Source of the DNA: Ministeria vibrans ATCC 50519
Lineage: Eukaryota > Protista > Filasterea
Direction: 5' to 3'
DNA length: 63,698 nt
Assembly (NCBI GenBank): GCA_943704425.1
Contig: CALSCP010001704.1
Span: forward strand, 1-63,698
The position numbers and the translations under genes are program-made. The notes under the pieces are model-generated. The model was not told the origin of the DNA, did not search any database, and saw nothing but the letters and a program-made list of their open reading frames with translations. Positions 56,003 to 63,698 of the stretch are shown piece after piece (position 1 is the stretch's first letter; each line of letters begins with the position of its first letter).

Positions 56003-57670
56003 TCATTGATGCGATAGTTTAAGTTGGTACTTGCGACGGCCGGCGTCGAGAAGGGCGTCGCGACGAGCCTCAAAGGCAGCATGCCAGTCCTCGGGATGAC
56101 GGGCAAGGGTCTTGGGGTCGACGGGTGGGGGCACGCCGTAGGGCAGGGAGGTGGGGCGGACACGGGGGGCACGGCGGTGGGTGCCCTCGGCGACGTTGAT
56201 TGTGCTCTCGTCGACACTGCGGGTCACAGCCAGGTCTGCTGCCAGGTCCGCCCGGGGTGTGTCTGGGAAGATCTCCACGAGACGCTCGAGCATGCTCTCA
56301 AGCTCAGGGTCGTCTGGTTCGGTCGAAGGCGAACTTGTAGTGGTGGTGGTGGTGGTGGTGGTGGTGGTGGTGGTGGCAGGAGTTGCGCTTGTCGAACTTG
56401 TTGTGGCGGTGGGGGTTGCGCTTGTCGAACTTGTTGTGGTGGTGGGGGTAGCGCTTGTCAAACTTGTTGTAGTGATGGTGGTTCTCGTGGCAGGACCCTT
56501 TCCTTTTCTCTGACGCAAACCGGCTGTGGTGGTCGGAGGCGACATAGGCGGCAGTTGGCTACTGCTGTCACTGCCACTGCTGCCACTGGCGGTGGCATGT
56601 GCTATCCTTTCGAGTCGCGCCTCCTCAATGAACACATCATCGTCTGCGTCACCCACATGACCCATGTCGAGCAACTCACTAATGTTGCGCGATTCCAGCT
56701 GACGCTTGTCTGTGTACGTATATGGAGTGGGACACAGCTCGCCGTAGTCACAGATTTCATGAGTGACCCGCTCGACAAACGAGTGATGACGGCTCTCCTG
56801 TGTTGTTGATGAAGCTGTTGCGGTGGTCGTTGACTCGTTGCCATTTGGGGTTTGGAGGGGCAGGAGGGTAAACACAAAGGTGGTGTAGGGAGCGTACATG
56901 AAGTAAAAGAGATCGGACCAAAAGGTTGCACCCAGGCGCGTGACGTGAGCACCGACAAAGGCAGGTCGTGACACAGATAGGTGCACAGGACGCACGGGAA
57001 CGCCCAGACGAAAGGCACTGAGGTCCGTAAAGTCGAGCAGGCCCACCAGACCGTTGGTAGAGGCGCCTTCAGGTTGCGAAAAGACAGCCGGACAGGCGCT
57101 CAGGTGACGCGCGAGTACATCCTGGTGCACTGTTGCCGACGATAGGCGCGTAGATGCGGGTGTTTTGAGCAGACAAAAGAGCGAACAGAGCCAACGAGGG
57201 GCGCGCGTGCGCACCAATGACGCCGAAGGCACAATCGTACTCCAAGCGAGCCAGTCGAGGATCGAGCACGAATTGCACACGGCCACAAGCGGCGCCGTCG
57301 CCGTCGTGGCACTGTCCGCTTCTTCCTGCTGTCGTTGTGGCGATGCTGCGTCTCCCTTGGCATCCTTGTCGTCCTGTGAGGTGGGCGCCGCAGAAACTTG
57401 AACGGACACGCCAAGAATGCGCGCGTATGTGTTGGCGAGCATCAGGCTCGGAACACCCCGCTGTGCGGAGCGTCCTCCTCGTCCACACACTAACAGACTG
57501 AAAAAGCCCACAATGGCAAGAAGAAGAGCGCGAATCACAAACAGGAGTAGCCCAACGGGCGCATAGAACAGTCCGCTCCGACCTGTCGACGAAGGTTTGC
57601 GTCGAATCGAAATCATTGCCTGCAGCGGCGGCGGAATCAGCGTCGAACTCTCGTCTGCAACAGAGCTCAT
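56003..57670 (-). CDS. AUP1: AUP1 lipid-droplet/ERAD protein (hairpin anchor, acyltransferase-like domain, CUE, G2BR)
   Basis: LFYAPVGLLLFVIRALL; PEGASTNG..GLLDF; VRPVHL; SDLFYFMYAPYTTF; CUE domain MLERLVEIFPDTP...DLAVTRSVD; G2BR-like FEARRDALLDAGRRKY. Single exon. Confidence 0.85.
   Translation of the reverse strand: MSSVADESSTLIPPPLQAMISIRRKPSSTGRSGLFYAPVGLLLFVIRALLLAIVGFFSLLVCGRGGRSAQRGVPSLMLANTYARILGVSVQVSAAPTSQDDKDAKGDAASPQRQQEEADSATTATAPLVAVCNSCSILDWLAWSTIVPSASLVRTRAPRWLCSLFCLLKTPASTRLSSATVHQDVLARHLSACPAVFSQPEGASTNGLVGLLDFTDLSAFRLGVPVRPVHLSVSRPAFVGAHVTRLGATFWSDLFYFMYAPYTTFVFTLLPLQTPNGNESTTTATASSTTQESRHHSFVERVTHEICDYGELCPTPYTYTDKRQLESRNISELLDMGHVGDADDDVFIEEARLERIAHATASGSSGSDSSSQLPPMSPPTTTAGLRQRKGKGPATRTTITTTSLTSATPTTTTSSTSATPTATTSSTSATPATTTTTTTTTTTTTSSPSTEPDDPELESMLERLVEIFPDTPRADLAADLAVTRSVDESTINVAEGTHRRAPRVRPTSLPYGVPPPVDPKTLARHPEDWHAAFEARRDALLDAGRRKYQLKLSHQ
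56382..56480. repeat. 33-bp tandem repeat x3 encoding a Thr/Ser linker in AUP1
   Basis: Units like gttgcgcttgtcgaacttgttgtggcggtgggg; they translate as TTSSTSATPTT-type repeats. Confidence 0.8.
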
Positions 57671-57840
57671 TCTAGACGACGCGGAGGATAACACACACAA
57701 AGTGAAGTTTCAAGTCTGTCTGAAACAAAGTAACAAACCAACAAAAAGATTAATTTTGTGTATTGAATTGATCAAATCTCTCGATCATCACACTATTTAC
57801 TACTATTAAATATTAATTATTTTAGTTCAACTTTCTCGCC

Positions 57841-58496
57841 ATGTCGATGACATTTATCATTGTCGGCCCTCATGACAACCCGGTGTTCGAAATGGACGTT
57901 GTGGGCGCCCGTAGTGCTGCAGCCGAGCCAAAAGTAACATTTGTCTTTTCCTTGACCGTTTGGGAACACTCTCTGTCTCTTGCAGGAAGACCACAGGCAC
58001 TTTAACCAGTTCATCATCAATGCAGCGTTAGACCATGTGGAGGATGTCATGTGGACCACCTCGTCCATGTAAGAAACCGACTGCGCCGCTGTGCATTGCG
58101 CCCTTTCCATTCATTCGGTTTCCCTCTCTCTCTTCGTCAGGTACCTCAAGCTTGTCGATCGCTTCAACGACATGTACATTTCGGCATTTGTCACGGCAGG
58201 CGGAAGCAAACTGCTGCTGCTGCACGAGACGCGACCAGACGACTCGTTGCGCATGTTCTTCCAAGAGTGCTACGAGAGCTACACCAAGGTACACACCACA
58301 CACTAAGCACACGCTAAGCACTAAACACACTAAGCACGAACACACCACTCACACTAAGCACACGTGCATATTGGTGTCTCTGCGATGCTCACTCTGCATC
58401 TAGATCTGCATGAATCCATTTCACACACACCACACCATCATTCGCTCCGTCGCCTTCAAGGAAAAGGTGCGCCAAGCAGCAAAGCGATACCTGTAA
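57841..58496 (+). CDS. TRAPPC2: TRAPP complex subunit 2 (sedlin/Trs20)
   Basis: FIIVGPHDNPVFE, HRHFNQFIINAALDHVE, MYLKLVDRFNDMYISAFVTAG, FFQECYESYTK|ICMNPF and IRSVAFKEKV. Four exons. Confidence 0.95.
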
Positions 58497-59034
58497 CACA
58501 AGCAACAACAGATGGACTGTACAATACAGACACAAGAAACCCCCATCAGTTTGTAAGTTATTCTTAATCGACTAAGACCACAGAAAGCTTGACGACCAGC
58601 CAGAGTACATACACTGCGACAGTGACTGTGTCTGGCCGGAGTCTGGCCTTCGCTCTGTTGCTATTACAGTACCCCACGCATGCACATCTACAGTTACAGC
58701 GGAACAGACAGCACTTACACCAGTGCGCGCACAGTCGGTGTCGGCAAAGTCAGGCACGACTGTCGACTTGAGTGTGAAACAGCAAGATCATCATCAGCAA
58801 TGATGAATATTGAATAATAATTGTATCATTTTTCGTGCAAACGTTTTATTGTTACCGAAACGCTAAATCATGTCTTCAACAATCTTCCCATCACATATAT
58901 TGTCTTGTTTTGATATTGAGTACACCTCTCGATTGGCCCCCTTGATTCTCTATTTTATTTATTCTGAATTGAGAATTCACTAATAATTATTAATTATTTA
59001 TTTATTTTGCATTCTTTTTCTGTGTGCTGATGCA

Positions 59035-59118
59035 ATGATCCCATTACCACTGGGAATCGACTGTCGCTCACTGAGCGAAGATTATTCGGAAGATGTGCTG
59101 AGAAAATTTTACGAAGAG
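59035..59118 (+). CDS. Putative orphan first exon (MIPLPLGIDCRSLSEDYSEDVLRKFYEE|GT)
   Basis: ATG after AT-rich DNA, coding-like sequence and a GT donor before a microsatellite. The downstream exon is uncertain. Confidence 0.35.
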
Positions 59119-59127
59119 GTCCTTTTG

Positions 59128-59323
<196 letters not shown>

Positions 59324-59348
59324 GTGAGTCACACACTGTCTCACTCAC

Positions 59349-59704
59349 CTTTGTTGCCCGCACAAATGCTCGGAACTGGGCATTGCTCACAGCATACGCA
59401 TCCAGCGCAAACGAGGCGACAGTCATCTCTCGTGCTTGGACTAAGATCAAATCACCGACACCATTCGGTTGGACATCTCCTTTTTTTCTCAATTTCCCTC
59501 ACCTGGACCATCCTTTTCGCCTGCGCCCGCATGCAATCGAAACGAACCTCCTTTAATGACCACTTCCTTGTCGAATAGTCTGCAAAAAATGGCCGATGAT
59601 GGAAAATTCAGGCGATGGAGAATAACAACTCACTCTGCGCTCTCTCCCGACACAGCCAACACACCCAGCCCAAGGATCGCCACTGCCAACCCCGATCGAA
59701 ACAT
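59349..59704 (-). CDS. 5' fragment (3 exons) of a formylglycine-generating-enzyme family gene (SUMF2/SUMF1-like)
   Basis: Signal peptide MFRSGLAVAILGLGVLAVSG, then VVIKGGSFRL...DGP|VQAREMTVASFALDAYAVSNAQFRAFVRATK|GT, the FGE-sulfatase N-terminal motif. No downstream exons found in the window. Confidence 0.75.
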
Positions 59705-59832
59705 GCAGAAACACTGAGCAGTGACTAGTGAGTCGTGAGTCGTGTCTGACTGTCTGTATCGAAAAGTAGTCAAAGCAATTGAAGGGCGAATGATCACCTT
59801 TCCTTTTCTTAATTTCTTTTTATTTATTTTTC

Positions 59833-60399
59833 ATGTCCCTTATTCAACTTGTACAAGACACTCTAACGAAAACATGTTATCCGCAGTCGAAAGTGTCTTG
59901 CATTGACTTTGTCGGAGCCAGCCGATACGAACTCAATCCGCTGCTTTGGCTCGCGCCACCGTCGTCGTCCTCGACGCTCCCTCCACTGACCATCCGCCTA
60001 ATTGGCCCCGCACTTGTGTCAGTAACTGATCGGGAACGAAAGGCGCTCCAGGAACAGACACCCGAGTCGCTCCAGTTCACATTTGTCGCATGCGCATTCA
60101 CTCCCGCCTGTCCTCCCGCTCCTCTCGCCATCCTCTGCAACGCCGGCCTTTGGGGCTACGATTCCTGGAGAGACACTTGCCAGGCCCTGTGGCACGCACG
60201 CACGCTCGCTGTGGTCACAGCGTACTCTCTCGAAGAGTCCATCGACGACTTTGACGTCCTCGAGGAATGGAACATCACTCACTTTCTCTGGGAACCCACC
60301 GTCTGTCCGTCCGCCTCAAAAGACATTGAGCCCTGGTCCAAAGACACTCCTCAGCGATCCAACGCCGCCTGGCTCTCTTTCCACAACACCCCAACGTAA
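59833..60399 (+). CDS. MSS51 C-terminal-like domain protein
   Basis: IDFVGASRYEL, LTIRLIGPAL, LAILCNAGLWGYDSW, VVTAYSLEES and SNAAW match the MSS51/ZMYND15 C-terminal domain pattern. No MYND finger seen. Confidence 0.7.
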   Translation: MSLIQLVQDTLTKTCYPQSKVSCIDFVGASRYELNPLLWLAPPSSSSTLPPLTIRLIGPALVSVTDRERKALQEQTPESLQFTFVACAFTPACPPAPLAILCNAGLWGYDSWRDTCQALWHARTLAVVTAYSLEESIDDFDVLEEWNITHFLWEPTVCPSASKDIEPWSKDTPQRSNAAWLSFHNTPT

Positions 60400-60465
60400 C
60401 TAAAACAAACTGAAACCGAGTAAAGACTGTAAAACATAGTACACTACTCTTATTGTATTCCCCTC

Positions 60466-63400
60466 TCACACCCACGCCTCCCATCCACTCCAAAACGTGC
60501 CTTTAATCACCGGATCAGTCGCCTAAAAATACAATATCAAAGTTATACACAACATCAGCAAAAAAAAAAAATCTATTACATGATCAATGAGAGCATCCAC
60601 TTGAGCACCCTCGGTCAAACCAGCATCAACGTCACTAGCGGGATTGGCACGCACTCGCTCGGGAGCACCGCGAATGATGGCACAGACTGCCTTAAATTCC
60701 GGCGAGTCGGGATTGCTTCCCACAGCGCTCTCCCGTGTCACCTCACGCAACATGACCCGCACAGGGTTGGCACCATCCAGCTTCATTCGCGCATTCTCAA
60801 GCTTGTCCTTGGGAAACCACAGCTGCCGCTCGCCGTACAAAGCATCCGTGTTTCCTCCTCCTCCACTTCCTTCACTGCCACTGCTGCTTTCAGCACTACT
60901 GCCCGCCGTGCTGCTCTCAGTTCCACTGCGCGGTCGCGCCTGTTGTCGCTCTTTCGCCAGTTTAAACGCGAACGCCGTCCAGTTCAACAACGGCTCCTGT
61001 ACAAACACGTCCATGGCCGCTAGCAATACATGCCGTTGCTCACGCAGCGCCGTCATCACATGCACCATTGCCTCGCGCAACACTCCATTCGTCCCATTCG
61101 GCTCACCAAGCGCCACCAGCTGCCGGGTCAGTCGGAATGGTACCATCTCGGGTATAGGTAATAGTTGTGTTGCAGTGCCAAATGCATGCCCAAAATCAAT
61201 GCCAATCAGTGTCCCCGTCCGTTGGTCTACCATCGTGTTGCTCAAGTGTCGATCTCCAATGCCGAGCACATAGTGGCAAATGCTCATCGTCGCTAGCGAG
61301 CGTTGCATCTCCAGACGAAGCGTAAAAAACGCCTCGGGACTGCACACCCACTGCTGAAGAGCCACCCGCAACAACGACCCCTTGCTCACCTTCTCCTCCA
61401 ACTGTCGCAGTTCCTTCGCCGCCAAATTCGTACGCTTCCCATCCGAACTCTTCAGCAAATCATTTTGCACCCCTAGATAGACCTCTCTGTATAATTTCGT
61501 GCCCGAGCTGCCCTTGCTCCCCAGTCGTTGAAGCACCCCCTGGTAGTCTGCGCGCAACTTAGAAAACAGTCCCTTTGCATCCTCCTCACACGACGCATAG
61601 CTCTTCACATCGCCACCACTGTGTAGTCCTCCTCCCCCGCGCGCACCAGCCCTTTCACGATGCTTCGCCGCCACGTACATCTCATGTGCTTTGGCTTCAA
61701 TCAGCATCCCCTTGAGCACCACCGCGTTGCCCAGCCATTCAATTATTCCCACCCGAGGCGTACACGGCACCACTCCGTACGTTCGGAGTCGCAACTGCCG
61801 TGCGCGACACTCCCGATTCCCTTCCAACACCAAATTCATCAAGTCACTCAACTGCATCAGTCGCTGGTCCAACCGCAAATCCTCTACAAAACATTCATCA
61901 ACAATTAATGATCATTCAAACCCCCCCTCGAATTCCAATCATGAAAATGAACAAAAATATATTTTCGTACCTCCTCCTTTGACGAGAAACAGGTGCTCTT
62001 TGCCATCACTGCCATGAATACCTACACGAATAGGCTTGCGCATCGACTCCATCACCATAAGGTTGCCATTGAAACCACACACCATGGTGTGGTGCTCGGG
62101 CACCGGACGCCCCGCCACTCCCGTGTACTGTCCGGGAATCTCGACAGGCGCTCGATGTCGTTCGCTCTCCCCATAGCTCGCAAGCACCGGTGACAACTGT
62201 CGCAATTGACTAACCCTGTGCGACTTCCGCATCAGCAACCCCCCCACCCTTTTGTCTTTGAAAAATTCTGCCACCACACCCGGGTTCGTGATCTTCAGCA
62301 GTTTGTCACCACCCTTGCCAAAATGGTGCTGTATCACCGCAACTATCTCCTTGGCAAAAAGCTGCCACTCCGTACTGCTGCTGCTGCTGTTGCTGCTGCC
62401 GCCGCCGCCTCCTCGGCTCACTCCGCCACGATCAAATTGCATCTGCTTCCACATTGCCGCCCATTTGCGTCGCAACTCCACCTGCAGATGCTCACGCTCA
62501 CGCGCAATCTTGCATTGCACCAGCCGCCTCACCAACGGCTTCAAAACTTCGTCAAACCACGATTTAAGCGCCAAGTGAGGATACGTCACGTGCTCCAACT
62601 CGTCCACGAATTGCTCCAGCTCAGGTCGATTCACTGCCCGCTGCAGTCGCTCCACTCGCTCCTTCGCTGCCGCATCTGTGTCCAGGTCAAACTGTTCGCT
62701 ACTCATGCGCAATGGGTAAAAGAGCGCCTCCGGATAGTCGCCTCCAACACGTTCCAGGAGGTCAACCACTGCTGCACCTGTCGTCTTGTCGAGCAATGCC
62801 ACCGTTTGCGCCAGCCACCCAAGTACCATCCACGTCGGCGTGGATGCCACACGATTCCGAAACTGCATCGCCACTGTCCCTTCGCCACTGCCACTGTCAA
62901 CAGCGAGCAGCTGAAGCAAACGTGGAAAAAGATCGCGCGCCGCTCGGTTGCCAAGGTGCATCGCCTCGAGTGTCTCCCCAATGACAGTCGACGCCAACTC
63001 GCGCACGCTCGTCTTGCTGTTCCCACCCACCGTTGTCCGTGAACGCTTTCTCGCTGGCTCCTCCGCCACATCTTGCGTGTCACGCTCGCGAATCATTCGG
63101 TCACAATAGAGTGCCAACGACAGACGCGCGTACGCTTGACTCGACTTGGACACAGTACGGCTCGCCTCCACCGACGCACGCAACTTGTCACCCAGACGAA
63201 CATTGAGAAACTCGCGAATCTCGGTCGTTTCGCTGTCAAACAGAGTGGGCTCGCCGCCAAGAAAGCCTGCCAGTTCCTCAAGGTTCTCGCCCGCTTTGGC
63301 AGTGGTGCGCTGGAAGCGCTTCGGGTAACACGCAACCGAACTCAAGAGCGACGCTGTAAATTGCGCCTCAAGGTTCTTCTGCCGCAACTGCCACTCAGAG

Positions 63401-63698
63401 TCCAAAGCAAGCACCGCCTCAATATCCGGGAGAATTTCACGGAAATTCGACGTCCTCTGGTTGCGATACACCGTCCGCGCCACTCTCATCCAGCCTTTCA
63501 AAAGTAGTTTGCTAGAGTGTCGCGTCGCGGACACTTCCACTACACCCACGCTAGACCCACGCAACTCCAACATGCTCAGTGAGTACGTGTGTATCGCACG
63601 AAGTCCCAGTTTTCCTCGAATCACGGAACTCGTCTGTCCCTCCTAAGCAAAAAAAATAACAAAAACAACAAAACAAAAAGGTGAGAAAAGAAAAAAAA
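60466..63698 (-). CDS. PRKDC: DNA-dependent protein kinase catalytic subunit, 3' part (FAT-kinase-FATC); continues beyond the window
   Basis: ARDLFPRLLQLL, YPEALFYP, VEIPGQYTG, VMESMRKPIRVGIHGSDGKEHLFLVKGG|EDLRLDQRLMQL, LGIGDRHLSN, GIDFGHAFGTATQLLPIPEMVPFRLTRQ and FATC LIDH|ATDPVIKGTFWSGWEAWV*. Confidence 0.95.

Noticed and set aside
58290-58365. Degenerate CACACTAAG repeats as telomeric or CRISPR-like repeats
   Set aside because: Irregular intronic slippage repeat with no unique spacers and no telomere consensus.

Overview
Gene-dense, intron-rich eukaryotic nuclear DNA. It has short GT-AG introns full of (TAT)n/(CA)n/(CT)n microsatellites, GC-rich exons and four N-gaps. I reconstructed about 26 protein-coding loci by hand-splicing: RAD54, a GT34-like glycosyltransferase, a plant-type LRR protein ending in HREL, Yippee/YPEL, GRAF/oligophrenin RhoGAP, Rab9, EXOC4/Sec8, TMX2, gamma-SNAP, an SLC19 transporter, CTC1, CCT2, ADSS, FARSA, a 42-aa monomeric beta-thymosin (missed by the ORF track), an Unc13/MUN-domain protein, an I-BAR (MIM/IRSp53-like) protein, a TauE/SafE transporter, a membrane DnaJ, an ankyrin-like protein, an orphan ORF, AUP1, TRAPPC2, a 5' fragment of a SUMF/FGE gene, an MSS51_C-like protein and the 3' end of DNA-PKcs. 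The gene set (beta-thymosin, GRAF, MIM-like, Unc13-like, AUP1 with G2BR) suggests a unicellular relative of animals such as a choanoflagellate or filasterean; this is inference only. I found no tRNA, rRNA, CRISPR array or transposase. I cannot demonstrate a new multi-gene system. The best leads are: an Unc13-like protein with its C1 domain at the C-terminus (C2-MUN-C2-C1), lying between beta-thymosin and an I-BAR gene; the ER-retained LRR protein with a Cys-containing island; an orphan ORF with a faint Grainyhead/CP2-like C-terminal motif; a shared 24-nt motif in two bidirectional promoters; extremely short intergenic gaps; and two half-genes meeting at a microsatellite, probably a misassembly. 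All protein identifications are from remembered motifs, not database searches.
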